A stretch of 47,039 bases of DNA from assembly GCA_030596105.1 (NCBI GenBank), contig JAUVKU010000002.1, forward strand, positions 1 through 47,039, read 5' to 3'. How positions within the stretch are numbered: the first letter of the stretch is position 1; each line of letters opens with the position of its first letter. The translations under genes were made by a program, and so were the position numbers. The DNA comes from a bacterium (GTDB taxonomy: Bacteria; Patescibacteriota; Minisyncoccia; Minisyncoccales; DAOVPY01). Positions 9,744-20,143 of this stretch are shown here, in pieces. The notes under the pieces were generated by a model, which saw only the letters and a program-made list of their open reading frames with translations, did no database searches and had not been told where the DNA came from.

Positions 9744-11477
9744 ATGAAAATTGAAATAATCAGACATTCATTATCCCATATATTAGCGGAAACAATTCAG
9801 GAAATGTATCCTGAAACTAAATTTGGCATTGGCCCATCAATAGAAAATGGGTTTTATTATGATTTTGATTTACCAAATTCCCTATCCCCTAACGACTTAT
9901 TCAAAATTGAAAGAAAAATGAAGGGCTTAATTAAAAGAAATTTGAAATTTGAAAAAAAATTAATCTCTGTAAATGAAGCAAAAAAACTTTTTAAAAACCA
10001 GCCATACAAGTTAGAACTTATTAAAGAACTCAAAAATGCCTCTCAAAAAATTTCAATATACCAAATTAGAAATTTTACTGATTTGTGCAAAGGTCCGCAT
10101 ATCAAATCAACAAAAGAAATAAATCCTGATGCGTTTAAATTAACCAAAATCGCTGGAGCATATTGGAAGGGAGATGAAAAAAATAAAATGCTTACACGCG
10201 TTTATGGAATTGCTTTTGAAACGAAAAAAGAACTGGATGAATATCTAGAACGACAAAAAGAAGCCGAAAAAAGAGACCACCGCGTTTTGGGTCAAAAATT
10301 AGAATTATTTACTATAAGTGAAGAAGTCGGACAAGGACTTCCCCTTTGGCTACCAAAGGGCGCTTTATTGCGCCAAATAATAGAAGATTTTATTTTAAAA
10401 AAATACATAAAAGAAGGATACCAGCTCGTTAAAACTCCGCATATTGGCAATGAAAACCTTTTCAAAAAATCAGGACACTTACAGCATTATAAAGACGATA
10501 TGTATTCCGCGATAGAAATAGATGATGAAAAATATTATCTCAAACCAATGAACTGCCCATTCCACATAATGATTTACAAAAATTCTTTAAAAAGCTATAG
10601 AGATTTGCCTATCCGCTATACCGAGTTGGGCACTGTTTACCGCTATGAACGATCTGGCACACTTCACGGATTGACAAGAGTTCGCGGATTTACTCAAGAC
10701 GACGGTCATATTATTTGTACACCCGAACAATTAGAACAAGAAATTATCAAAGCAATAAAACTGACTAAAAATGTTTTACAAACATTTGGTTTTAAAAAAT
10801 TTAGAGTTGTTTTAAGTATTCGCGATCCAAAAAATAAACAAAAATATTTAGGAACTGACGCTGAATGGAAGAAAGCAGAACAAGCGCTAGCTAATGGAAT
10901 TAAAAAAGCGAAATGGAATTTTACTTCTGAAGAAGGGGAAGCAGTTTTTTATGGACCAAAAATAGATGTTAAAATAGAAGACAGCATTGGTAGAGAATGG
11001 CAAATATCAACGCTTCAGCTTGATTTTAATTTACCAAAAAGATTTGATATTTTCTATATGGACGAAAAATCAAAAAAAGCGGAACCATTTATGCTTCATC
11101 GCGCACTGCTCGGCTCAATAGAAAGATTTACCGGAATTCTTATTGAACATTTTGCCGGAGCTTTCCCCTTGTGGCTATCGCCTATTCAAATATTGGTTAT
11201 TCCCATTGGAAAAACGCATAAAAAATACGCTAAAAGCGTAATGGAAAAACTAATTGAAAATGATTTTCGTTGTAAGTTAAAAGACGAAAATGAAACAATG
11301 GGTAAAAAAATACGCGAAGGAGAAATTCAAAAAATTCCATATTTATTAATCGTTGGCGATAAAGAGCAAAAAGCTAAAACAGTTGGAGTTCGCGAACGAA
11401 GCAAGGGCGACATCGGAGAAATGAATTTAAATAAATTTATTGAAAAAGCCAAAACAGCAATAGAAAAAAATAAATAA
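9744..11477 (+). CDS. thrS: Threonine--tRNA ligase (lacks N-terminal TGS domain)
   Basis: RHSLSH and DLCKGPH editing motifs, KPMNCP, RYERSG, FYGPKID, HRALLGS. Confidence 0.97.
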   Translation: MKIEIIRHSLSHILAETIQEMYPETKFGIGPSIENGFYYDFDLPNSLSPNDLFKIERKMKGLIKRNLKFEKKLISVNEAKKLFKNQPYKLELIKELKNASQKISIYQIRNFTDLCKGPHIKSTKEINPDAFKLTKIAGAYWKGDEKNKMLTRVYGIAFETKKELDEYLERQKEAEKRDHRVLGQKLELFTISEEVGQGLPLWLPKGALLRQIIEDFILKKYIKEGYQLVKTPHIGNENLFKKSGHLQHYKDDMYSAIEIDDEKYYLKPMNCPFHIMIYKNSLKSYRDLPIRYTELGTVYRYERSGTLHGLTRVRGFTQDDGHIICTPEQLEQEIIKAIKLTKNVLQTFGFKKFRVVLSIRDPKNKQKYLGTDAEWKKAEQALANGIKKAKWNFTSEEGEAVFYGPKIDVKIEDSIGREWQISTLQLDFNLPKRFDIFYMDEKSKKAEPFMLHRALLGSIERFTGILIEHFAGAFPLWLSPIQILVIPIGKTHKKYAKSVMEKLIENDFRCKLKDENETMGKKIREGEIQKIPYLLIVGDKEQKAKTVGVRERSKGDIGEMNLNKFIEKAKTAIEKNK

Positions 11478-11485
11478 TAAATAAA

Positions 11486-13102
11486 ATGGACGCAACAATA
11501 TCTCAATCAACTCAACGGCTTATTGAAAAATGTAAAATTTGGTATCAATCTCTTGAGAAAAGAGAGGGACAAACTATTCATGTTGACGAAATAGCTTCCC
11601 GTGTAGCGGCTTTTTATGAACGAATAAAGGGTGTAGTAGATTGGCAAGAAGAACACCTTCTTAGAAAACGAGCAATTGAACGAAGCCTAAAAAGGGTTGC
11701 AATTCTTGATAAACAAAACGAAAAAATAGCTGAAACCTTAGTTTATGAATTTATTAGAGGCGGACATTTTCCGAATGACAGTATTCCAGAATACAAGATA
11801 GAAATAATTCAAAAAATTATAGACAAATACTTTTTTATCTTAAAAAACGCCCCAGAAAATCCCACTATTAACTCGGAAAAAGACAAAAAAATTGAGCTTA
11901 GAAATTGGCTTTTAGATATGGCGAGCTATGAAATAGAAAAAACGCTAACTTCATTCCTGAAAGAAGAATCGCTAATAAAGTTTATGACGATATGCATCCA
12001 AAAACGACTAAAAGTAAACGAAGGGATTATCATCATAAAAGGCTTAACCGAAGAAGAAGAAAACACTCAAATTTACATCGCTGTTCAAAAAGCGCTTTTA
12101 AAATTAGACAGACCAACTATTTCTTATAATCTTTTTGAAAGACGATATCCAAACTGGACAAAAATCACTCAATCCTCTATTGAACTTCCAGAAATTACAA
12201 AAAATATTAATCATATTAAAGAAAGCATTGAAAAAGATTTAGATCACCGCTTGGGCGATAAATTTTATAGTCTTTGCGAAAAATATAATACCCCATACCT
12301 TATTTTAGGAGATATTATTGCTGACGAACCGATGAAAGCGCAAGAAAATTTAGAAAAACCAGGAACATTAGAGGAGCTTATCAAAATATCTTACGCAAAA
12401 AGATTGACCAAACTTAAAAAAAGAATACGACGCGCCGCAATTTATTGCACTGCTTCTATTTTTATAACCAAAATGGCTCTTGCGTTAGCAATAGAAATTC
12501 CTATTGATAAAATGCTAAACGAATTTAGCTATCCTATTTTATTGATAAACGCGCTATTCCCTCCGCTTCTAATGTTTCTTTTGGTTATTACAATTAAACC
12601 GCCCAAAAAAAATAATCTTCAACGCGTAATAATAGAAGTTATGAAAATCACCTACAAACAAGAGAAAAAAGATGTTTACCAAATAAGAATTCCCAGAAAA
12701 AGAAGTAAAATTTTAAATTCCATAATTTCAACTTTTTATTCTTTTATGTTTTTGTTTTCTTTTAGCGCTATAATATATGTGCTTTATAACTTAAATTTTG
12801 GCTTTTTTTCAATGTTCATATTCCTTTTCTTTCTTTGCGTTATTAGCTTTTTCGGAATGCAACTAAGAGAAAGAAGCAGGGAGCTCACCATAGAAGAAAA
12901 AACAGACACTTTTTTCAAATCTTTAATTGAGTTTTTCTTTCTGCCCGTAATTCGTGTTGGCAAATGGTTATCAATGCAATGGGGCAATTTAAATATAGCA
13001 TTAGTTATATCTATTTTAATTGATGCACCATTTTTTACTTTAATCGGCTTTTTAGAGCAATGGCGTTATTTCTTAAAAGAAAAAAAAGAAGAAATCCATT
13101 AA
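11486..13102 (+). CDS. Hypothetical membrane protein (large soluble N-domain, several C-terminal TM helices)
   Basis: 538-aa ORF 8 nt after thrS; hydrophobic helices in the C-terminal 220 aa. Confidence 0.75.
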   Translation: MDATISQSTQRLIEKCKIWYQSLEKREGQTIHVDEIASRVAAFYERIKGVVDWQEEHLLRKRAIERSLKRVAILDKQNEKIAETLVYEFIRGGHFPNDSIPEYKIEIIQKIIDKYFFILKNAPENPTINSEKDKKIELRNWLLDMASYEIEKTLTSFLKEESLIKFMTICIQKRLKVNEGIIIIKGLTEEEENTQIYIAVQKALLKLDRPTISYNLFERRYPNWTKITQSSIELPEITKNINHIKESIEKDLDHRLGDKFYSLCEKYNTPYLILGDIIADEPMKAQENLEKPGTLEELIKISYAKRLTKLKKRIRRAAIYCTASIFITKMALALAIEIPIDKMLNEFSYPILLINALFPPLLMFLLVITIKPPKKNNLQRVIIEVMKITYKQEKKDVYQIRIPRKRSKILNSIISTFYSFMFLFSFSAIIYVLYNLNFGFFSMFIFLFFLCVISFFGMQLRERSRELTIEEKTDTFFKSLIEFFFLPVIRVGKWLSMQWGNLNIALVISILIDAPFFTLIGFLEQWRYFLKEKKEEIH

Positions 13103-13141
13103 TCTCAAAACTATATAATAAATTATAATTTTTTAAAAAAT

Positions 13142-15802
13142 ATGCATAATTTAATTAAATTTTTAGCGACAATTTTCATTAGCTTATTTGTTTTATCTGC
13201 TTTGCCGGCTTTAGCGCAAAATATTGACACAGAAGCAGAGACGGACACATTTATCTCAGATGTTAATCTTGACGAAAATATTAGCGCCCAAAATTTAAAA
13301 ATTGCTAAACCGCTCATTCTACCAAACAATCCATTCTATTTCTTCAAAGAAATAGGGCGTGATTTCCATTCTTTTATTACTTTCAATCCAATAAAAAAAG
13401 CTGAATTAAAACAAAAATTTGTTAACGAAAAATTGATAGAAATTAAAAAAATGATAGAGGTAAGCCCTGAGAATACCGACACAATCAATAACGCTTTTGA
13501 TGATTATAAAAATGAGATTGATAAATTAGAAATTGCGACAAATGAAATCAAAAAAAATGCCGACGACCCGAATGTTAATAAATTTGTGAATAAATTTATT
13601 GACAACTCCATAAAACATCAAAAAATATTTGGAAAATTTGAAAAAGAATTAAAACCCCAAATTTTTGAAAAAATGAGCCAAGCGAAAGAACAAAATATGG
13701 CTAAATTTTCTGATATTGGATTAAAGTTCGTCAATCCAGAAAAATTTCAAAAAAAAATAACTGATATTATGGACGGCCAGTCAGGTTCTAATTTTAAGCA
13801 TTTTAAAAATTTAGAAATTTTGCAGGGATTAGAAGAAAAAGTTCCCGAACAAGCCAAAAAAGCAATAAGAAACGCTCAAGAAAATGCATTAAAAAGATTG
13901 CAAAACGATATGGAAAAAATCTCTTCAGAAGATAGAGAAAAATTCAATTACTATGTTGAAAACATTGGCGGAAACGAAATAAGACATATAGAGATTATAC
14001 ATATGTTTGAAAACGAAGAAATACCAGAAATTATAAGAGAAAAATTAGAAACCGCCAAGAAAAAAACCTTTAAAAGAATTGAGGAAAAAATGACAAATCT
14101 TGAAAAAAACAAGATGGAATTTGAGGAAAAAATGTTTTTTCAACACTTAAAAAATGGAGAAATGGAAGATTTGCGCATTATTCAAGAATTAGAAAATAAC
14201 TTACCCATTGAAACTCTTGAACAAGTATTAGAAATCAAAAATAGCGCAATAATGAGATTTAAAGAAAATATCATTAATGCTAATACTCCAGAAGAACAAA
14301 ACAAATTTTTTGAAAAATTAGAAAAATTTCACGACATAAAACAATTTGAGATACTTAAAGAAGTTGACGAATTTATTCCTCAAGAAAAAATAAAATTTTG
14401 GAGAGAAATAAAAGAAAAAACAATAGAAGAAATAAAAAAGGATATTGAAATGGCGAAAACAGAAGAAGAAAGAAAAATAAAATTCAAAAAACTTGCCAGT
14501 GATGCGCCCAAACATATTGAGATTATCCAAAAATTTAGAATTCCGCCAGACATAATGAAAGAAATTACAAAAGAACAAATAAAAAAACTTTCTCAAAAAA
14601 TTGGGGAAACAGAAAGCATTATTGAATTAAAATTTTTAGAAAGAAAAATTGAAGGAAATAGAAACATTAAAAGCATAATAGAAACAAGCTATCCTTATAT
14701 TTTTGAAGAAATTGATGGATGTAAAAATTCCTTTTTTGGAGAAATTGATCGGGACGAAGCCAAGAAAAAAGTGCTGGACGCTAAACAAGAAATTATTTTA
14801 ACCGAAAATGAATTCGCAACTCTTGATAATAGAATTAAAATTAAAATTTCAGAAAGAAGTCCTTTCCGCGTTATATTGGCAAAAGCTCAAAAAATACTTG
14901 CAATTAGCCAAGAAGCTATGAATAAAAACATCTATGGAGAAGCATTTAATCTAGCTTCTGACGCTTTTTACGAGGCAAATAACGCACGCAGGATTATAAA
15001 AGAAGTTTCTCTTAGAGAGCAATGGGATAGTCAAGAAATAGAAGACAATTTTTTTGAAAATGAAATAAGAGAAAAAGAAATTTCTGAAGATGAATATAAA
15101 ATAAAATTTCCAACAGAAAGAATTCCTTTTCCTGGAGAATTCAAAGAATTCTTTATTTCTCCCGAAGAATCTCCTACTGGAGACTCTTACGATGGCGTAA
15201 GAATTGACATGCCAAGAGAAATACCACAACAAAAAATAAATATGGAAGGAGAATGGGCTTGTATTCAAATTTGGGATCCTGTCTGCGGAAAAGACGGAAA
15301 AACTTACAGTAATGATTGTTTTGCAAAAATGTCTGGAATAGAAATAGCATATCACGCTCCATGTAAATACGAGGTTGATGATGAGTGGAAAATTGATACA
15401 TACGAAAATACAAACCAACAAAGAGAACCAATAATTAATATGCCAAATCCATCATCAGCGTATTGCGAGAAATCAGGCTATAAATTAATAATAAAAAAAG
15501 CGCCTGTTGGCGAATATGGTGTTTGTGTTTTTCCCGATGGATCTGAATGCGAAGAATGGACGTTTTATAGAGGCGAATGTGGAGAAAAATATAGAAAAGA
15601 AAATATAGATATATGGAAATTAGACGAACCAACACCAAACTATATAAAACCAGTTATTGAGATAAAAAAAGACCCCTATATAGAGCCTATAATGCCTGAT
15701 TTTGAAATAATAGATGGTAATAGTGGAGAAAATCCAAGTGTTGATACTGCCGAACAAACAGAGGACAGCCATTCTGGAAACGACAACAGCGAAACAAACT
15801 AA
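13142..15802 (+). CDS. Secreted/surface protein: DUF5667-like helical region + Kazal domain + DUF333
   Basis: Signal peptide ending ALA-Q; ILPNNPFYFFK; CIQIWDPVCGKDGKTYSNDC (Kazal); MPNPSSAYC..GVCVFPDGSECEEW (DUF333). Confidence 0.8.
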   Translation: MHNLIKFLATIFISLFVLSALPALAQNIDTEAETDTFISDVNLDENISAQNLKIAKPLILPNNPFYFFKEIGRDFHSFITFNPIKKAELKQKFVNEKLIEIKKMIEVSPENTDTINNAFDDYKNEIDKLEIATNEIKKNADDPNVNKFVNKFIDNSIKHQKIFGKFEKELKPQIFEKMSQAKEQNMAKFSDIGLKFVNPEKFQKKITDIMDGQSGSNFKHFKNLEILQGLEEKVPEQAKKAIRNAQENALKRLQNDMEKISSEDREKFNYYVENIGGNEIRHIEIIHMFENEEIPEIIREKLETAKKKTFKRIEEKMTNLEKNKMEFEEKMFFQHLKNGEMEDLRIIQELENNLPIETLEQVLEIKNSAIMRFKENIINANTPEEQNKFFEKLEKFHDIKQFEILKEVDEFIPQEKIKFWREIKEKTIEEIKKDIEMAKTEEERKIKFKKLASDAPKHIEIIQKFRIPPDIMKEITKEQIKKLSQKIGETESIIELKFLERKIEGNRNIKSIIETSYPYIFEEIDGCKNSFFGEIDRDEAKKKVLDAKQEIILTENEFATLDNRIKIKISERSPFRVILAKAQKILAISQEAMNKNIYGEAFNLASDAFYEANNARRIIKEVSLREQWDSQEIEDNFFENEIREKEISEDEYKIKFPTERIPFPGEFKEFFISPEESPTGDSYDGVRIDMPREIPQQKINMEGEWACIQIWDPVCGKDGKTYSNDCFAKMSGIEIAYHAPCKYEVDDEWKIDTYENTNQQREPIINMPNPSSAYCEKSGYKLIIKKAPVGEYGVCVFPDGSECEEWTFYRGECGEKYRKENIDIWKLDEPTPNYIKPVIEIKKDPYIEPIMPDFEIIDGNSGENPSVDTAEQTEDSHSGNDNSETN

Positions 15803-15846
15803 CCAGAAACAAACTATTGATAGTTCAAAATATTTCAAAATACAAA

Positions 15847-17202
15847 ATGAAAAAATATTGGATCGCCACCTACGGTTGCCAAATGAATATTTCTGATTCC
15901 GAACGCATTGCCACTGCATTAAAAAAAATGAACTATTCTCCTGCCTCAGAAATCAAGAAGGCAGATTTAGCTGTGGTTACTATGTGTTCTATTAGACAAT
16001 CAGCTGTTGACAGAATTTATGGCTTAGCTAAAAATCTTAACAAATTAAAAAACACAAACAAAAAATTAAAAACTGTTTTAACTGGTTGCGTTTTAGAAAA
16101 TAATAAAAAAATGTTTTTAGAAAGGTTTGATTTTGTTTTACCCATCAAAAGTTTGCCGTATTGGAAAAAAATCTTACTTGCCCCAAAAAAAGACAGGGCC
16201 AAACTTTGTCAAAATATGTGGGATAAATTTAAATTAAACAAATTAAATTATTCTTACTTAAAAATAAAACCGACATACATCACAAAATATAGCGCTTATA
16301 TCCCCGTTATTATTGGCTGTAATAATTTTTGTTCTTATTGTGTTGTTCCTTATGTTCGCGGTCCTGAAATTTCCAGACCAGCGAATGATATTATCGCTGA
16401 AGTTAAAACATTGATTAAAAAAAAATACAAAGAAATATGGCTAATGGGAGAAAATGTAAACAGTTATAATGGCGAATATAAAAGACCCGCCTCCGCTAAA
16501 GCTATGGCGGGCAAAGCAAAACAAAAAATTGATTTTCCAAAATTGCTTGAAATGATTGATAAAATTCCGGGAAATTTTTGGATTCGTTTTAGCTCTTCCC
16601 ACCCAAAAGATTTTTCTGACAAGTTAATCAAAACAATCACCAATGGAAAAAAAATAACTAAATACATAAATTTACCGGTTCAATCAGGCAATGACAAAAT
16701 TTTAAAAAAAATGAACCGTCCATATACCATCGCTAAATACAAAAAAATAATTAAAAAAATTCAACGAGAAATTCCAAATGTCACATTGTCTACTGATGTA
16801 ATCGTCGGTTTTCCTGGTGAAACAAAAAAAGAATTTAATGACACCGCTAAACTCTTTAAAGAAATTGAGCCAGATATGGCTTATGTGGCGCAATTTTCTC
16901 CTAGATCGGGCACTGTGGCAGATAAAATGGAAGATGATGTGTCTTATCAGGAAAAAGATAGAAGAGATAAGGAATTAACCAAAATTCTTGAAAAAACTGC
17001 ACTAAAAAATAACAAAAAATATATTGGAAAAATAGTTGATGTTTTGCCTCAGTACGAAAGAAAGGGATTTATAATTGGAAAAACCAAAGAATACAAAACA
17101 ATTAAATTCAAATCAGATGACAACAACCTTATTGGAAAATTTGTGAAAGCAAAAGTCATAGACACCATCCCATGGGGTCTCCTCGGCGAACTAATTGAAT
17201 AA
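15847..17202 (+). CDS. miaB: tRNA-2-methylthio-N6-dimethylallyladenosine synthase (radical SAM methylthiotransferase)
   Basis: TYGCQMN..DSE, CSIR, CNNFCSYC radical SAM motif, IVGFPGET, C-terminal TRAM; start ATG 15847. Confidence 0.9.
   Translation: MKKYWIATYGCQMNISDSERIATALKKMNYSPASEIKKADLAVVTMCSIRQSAVDRIYGLAKNLNKLKNTNKKLKTVLTGCVLENNKKMFLERFDFVLPIKSLPYWKKILLAPKKDRAKLCQNMWDKFKLNKLNYSYLKIKPTYITKYSAYIPVIIGCNNFCSYCVVPYVRGPEISRPANDIIAEVKTLIKKKYKEIWLMGENVNSYNGEYKRPASAKAMAGKAKQKIDFPKLLEMIDKIPGNFWIRFSSSHPKDFSDKLIKTITNGKKITKYINLPVQSGNDKILKKMNRPYTIAKYKKIIKKIQREIPNVTLSTDVIVGFPGETKKEFNDTAKLFKEIEPDMAYVAQFSPRSGTVADKMEDDVSYQEKDRRDKELTKILEKTALKNNKKYIGKIVDVLPQYERKGFIIGKTKEYKTIKFKSDDNNLIGKFVKAKVIDTIPWGLLGELIE
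16486..16511. repeat. GC-rich palindrome inserted in frame in miaB
   Basis: cccgcc-tccgctaaagcta-tggcggg, encoding PASAKAMAG in a variable loop. Confidence 0.6.
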
Positions 17203-17210
17203 ACTTCTTA

Positions 17211-17250
17211 TTAAAAAATCGTTTCCAATAAATTGGAAACGATTTTTTAA
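17211..17250. terminator. Bidirectional terminator between convergent miaB and gatB
   Basis: Perfect 19-bp inverted repeat ttaaaaaatcgtttccaat-aa-attggaaacgattttttaa. Confidence 0.85.
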
Positions 17251-17272
17251 ATATAAACTAAATACTAAAATT

Positions 17273-18745
17273 TTATTTTAAAAGCTTTCGGAGGAGTTGA
17301 ATCACAGTGTCTGGTCTTGCTTTACCTCTTGTAATTGCCATTACTTGCCCAACTAAAAATTGCAAAGCGTTCTCTTTCCCTTTTTTAAAATCCTCTACTG
17401 GCTTTGAATTTTTAGAAATTACATCTTTTACAGCATTTTCCACTTCGCTTTCATCCTTAATCTGACCTAAATTTTTATCTTCAATAATCTGCGATGGATC
17501 GCCTCCAGTTTTAAACATCTCTGCTAAAACTATTTTAGCAATTTTTGAAGAAATTTTTTCATGATAAATTAGCGTAATAAATTCAGCAAAATTTTCTGGC
17601 GTTATTAAAAATTTCTCGTCAGATACCGAACTCTTTTTTAACAATCCCTGTAAATCTGTAATTATATAATTTGAACACAATTTAGACAACTTTAAAAACT
17701 CTTGTTTTCCAACTTCTCCTTTTTCTTCGCTTTCTTTAATCCAATTTCTTAATTCTGACATTGCTTTTTCAAAATACTCACCAATAGCTTTATTCTGAAC
17801 AAAAACGCTAATTTCTTTTTCGGAAAAACCATATTCTTTTTCAAACCTTTGTCTCCGTTCTTGTGGTAATTCTGGAATTTCCCCTTTAATTTCATCAATA
17901 TATTCTTTTGTTCCCATACGAAGCATTGGCAAATCAGGTTCTGGAAAATATCTGTAATCATGTGCTTCTTCTTTTTCTCTTTGCTTCACAGTTATTTGCT
18001 CAACATCATCCCAACCACGAGTTTCCTGAATTAGCCTTTTCCCATTTTCTAAAATTTCCGTTTGTCTTTTAATTTCATATTCAGCCCCTCTTTGAACGGC
18101 CCGAAAAGAATTTAAATTCTTAAGCTCTACTTTTGTTCCAAGTTTATCATCCTTACTCAAACTTATATTCACTTCACAACGCATTTCTCCTTTTTCCATA
18201 TCAGCATCAGAGATACCCAAATACCTAAAAATTATTTGCAACTCTTCAACAAATTGCTTTGCCTCTTTTGCCGAATGTATATCTGGCTCAGTAACCAACT
18301 CCATTAAAGGCACTCCAGCGCGATTAAAATCTACCAAAGAATAGTCTTCTCCTTTAGGATGAATTAAACGCCCAGTATCCTCTTCTAAATGTATTTCTTT
18401 AATTCTAATTTTTTTATCTCCCATATTTAAAAATCCTTGCCTGCATAACTCCATACCAAATTGCGATATCTGATACCCTTTTGGAATATCTGGATAAAAA
18501 TAATTTTTCCTATCAAATTTTGAATATTCGGGAATCTTACAATTTAATGCCAAACCAGTTTTTATTACCTTTTTTACCGCTTCTCTATTTATAACTGGAA
18601 GTGTGCCAGGATGCGCCATGCAAATAGGACAAATATTTGTATTTGCAAAACTTTTGCCATGATCATTCAAACAAGAACAAAACATCTTGCTCTTTGTTTT
18701 TAATTCAACATGTATTTCTATGCCAATTGTTGGACGATATTCCAT
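17273..18745 (-). CDS. gatB: Asp/Glu-tRNA amidotransferase subunit B
   Basis: IGIEIHVEL, RKNYFYPD, HLEEDTG, ELKNLNS, YRYFPEPDL. Confidence 0.96.
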   Translation of the reverse strand: MEYRPTIGIEIHVELKTKSKMFCSCLNDHGKSFANTNICPICMAHPGTLPVINREAVKKVIKTGLALNCKIPEYSKFDRKNYFYPDIPKGYQISQFGMELCRQGFLNMGDKKIRIKEIHLEEDTGRLIHPKGEDYSLVDFNRAGVPLMELVTEPDIHSAKEAKQFVEELQIIFRYLGISDADMEKGEMRCEVNISLSKDDKLGTKVELKNLNSFRAVQRGAEYEIKRQTEILENGKRLIQETRGWDDVEQITVKQREKEEAHDYRYFPEPDLPMLRMGTKEYIDEIKGEIPELPQERRQRFEKEYGFSEKEISVFVQNKAIGEYFEKAMSELRNWIKESEEKGEVGKQEFLKLSKLCSNYIITDLQGLLKKSSVSDEKFLITPENFAEFITLIYHEKISSKIAKIVLAEMFKTGGDPSQIIEDKNLGQIKDESEVENAVKDVISKNSKPVEDFKKGKENALQFLVGQVMAITRGKARPDTVIQLLRKLLK

Positions 18746-18747
18746 AA

Positions 18748-19401
18748 CTATTTTATTCCTTTAATTATTTCTATTCCATTACTTGTTCCAATAATATTAG
18801 CCCCTGCTTTAATCATCATTCTTGCGTCTTTAAATGTTTTTATCTTTCCAGAAGCCTTTATCAAAAGCCCTGGCGCTCCTTTTTTCATTATTTTTAAATG
18901 CCCTGCTTTTTCTTTCAACTCTCTATGTTCTAACGGATCTTTATCTGTTGCGGTTTTTACACAAATAGCACCTGCTTTTTTAACTATTTCAGAAGCTTTT
19001 TTAATTTCATCATCAGTTAAAAAACCCGTTCCAATAATAACCTTTGTTGACAAAACTTTACAAACATCTTTAAGATCAATTAAAACATCGCTATATTTCT
19101 CATATTTCAAATTCACGATATTCATAACTATGTCTAATTCATCGGCTCCGTCCCTTTTCGCCTTTCTACACGCCTTTAAACGCGTCTGGCGCGAACTCAA
19201 ACCCATTGGCGGATCAATTAAAACAACTATTTTAATGTCTGTTCCATCTAATTCTTTCTTAACTAACTTTGCCCATTCAGGATTAACACAAACGCTACGA
19301 AATTCATATTTCTTTGCTTCGTCACAAGTTTTTTTTATATCTTTGACGGTTGCCTTTTTATTTATGTTCGTATGATCTATAAATTTAGCGATGTTTTTCA
19401 T
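18748..19401 (-). CDS. deoC: Deoxyribose-phosphate aldolase (divergent)
   Basis: IDHT, SVCVNP, GADELDIV, KTAT (Schiff-base Lys), KASG, GTS. Confidence 0.85.
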   Translation of the reverse strand: MKNIAKFIDHTNINKKATVKDIKKTCDEAKKYEFRSVCVNPEWAKLVKKELDGTDIKIVVLIDPPMGLSSRQTRLKACRKAKRDGADELDIVMNIVNLKYEKYSDVLIDLKDVCKVLSTKVIIGTGFLTDDEIKKASEIVKKAGAICVKTATDKDPLEHRELKEKAGHLKIMKKGAPGLLIKASGKIKTFKDARMMIKAGANIIGTSNGIEIIKGIK

Positions 19402-20110
19402 AATTTTTTTTCATTATTTTCCATATTTTTTCATGGATAATTTTTATGGACAATAATTTATTATTTTCTAAACATTCTATTATCTTAAAATCCTTTGGAT
19501 ATTCTTTAGCTGCTTCTAAATATGAATTAAGCGCACTTTCCAAATGACTTAAATCGTCTTCATGAATATCTCTTTTTTTGGATCCCAAATACAACCTCCT
19601 TTTTTTCTTTTTTTCTTTATCTGTTATTTTTGGAGATAATTCTCGAGACCATTTAGGGGAAGTTTTTAAAATAAAAGTGATATCTGGTTTTGGAATACCG
19701 AAAATTTTATACTCAAGATGATACAACCATTTCAAAAATTTTTTTCTTGCTTTTTTATCTTTTATTTTTCCACCTTGATGCCCTACATTTGAAGATAGAT
19801 ACCTGTCGCAAATTAAAATTTTACCCTGCTCAAGCCAACGCCTTATTTTAAAACTAGCATCATAACGATCACAAGCGTAAAAAATTGAAGCCCTATATGG
19901 CCCAACTTCTTCCGCTGAACCATATTTGCCCTTTAAATATTCTTCTATAAAACCTGCGTATTTTGTGCCATATTGCGGAAAATCTATTTTTGCTATTTTA
20001 TGCCCTTCTTTTTTTAAACGATTAGCTAATAGTTTAGTTTGTGTAGACTTGCCTGAACCATCTATCCCCTCAAAAACAATAAATTTTCCAGAATATTTTT
20101 TTTTAATCAT
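19385..20110 (-). CDS. tmk: Thymidylate kinase
   Basis: FEGIDGSGKSTQ P-loop, CDRY motif, PDITFIL. Confidence 0.92.
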   Translation of the reverse strand: MIKKKYSGKFIVFEGIDGSGKSTQTKLLANRLKKEGHKIAKIDFPQYGTKYAGFIEEYLKGKYGSAEEVGPYRASIFYACDRYDASFKIRRWLEQGKILICDRYLSSNVGHQGGKIKDKKARKKFLKWLYHLEYKIFGIPKPDITFILKTSPKWSRELSPKITDKEKKKKRRLYLGSKKRDIHEDDLSHLESALNSYLEAAKEYPKDFKIIECLENNKLLSIKIIHEKIWKIMKKNYEKHR

Positions 20111-20143
20111 AGCTCTACTTAAAATTATAAAATTAAAAATTTT

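Noticed and set aside
17280-17296. Second in-gene palindrome at the gatB 3' end (aaagctttcggagg)
   Set aside because: Match to the miaB insert is short and has no complete stem; likely chance
18710-19375. 221-aa plus-strand ORF and the other antisense ORFs inside typA, nusG, dnaE, gyrB and similar genes
   Set aside because: Shadow frames of well-supported genes on the opposite strand
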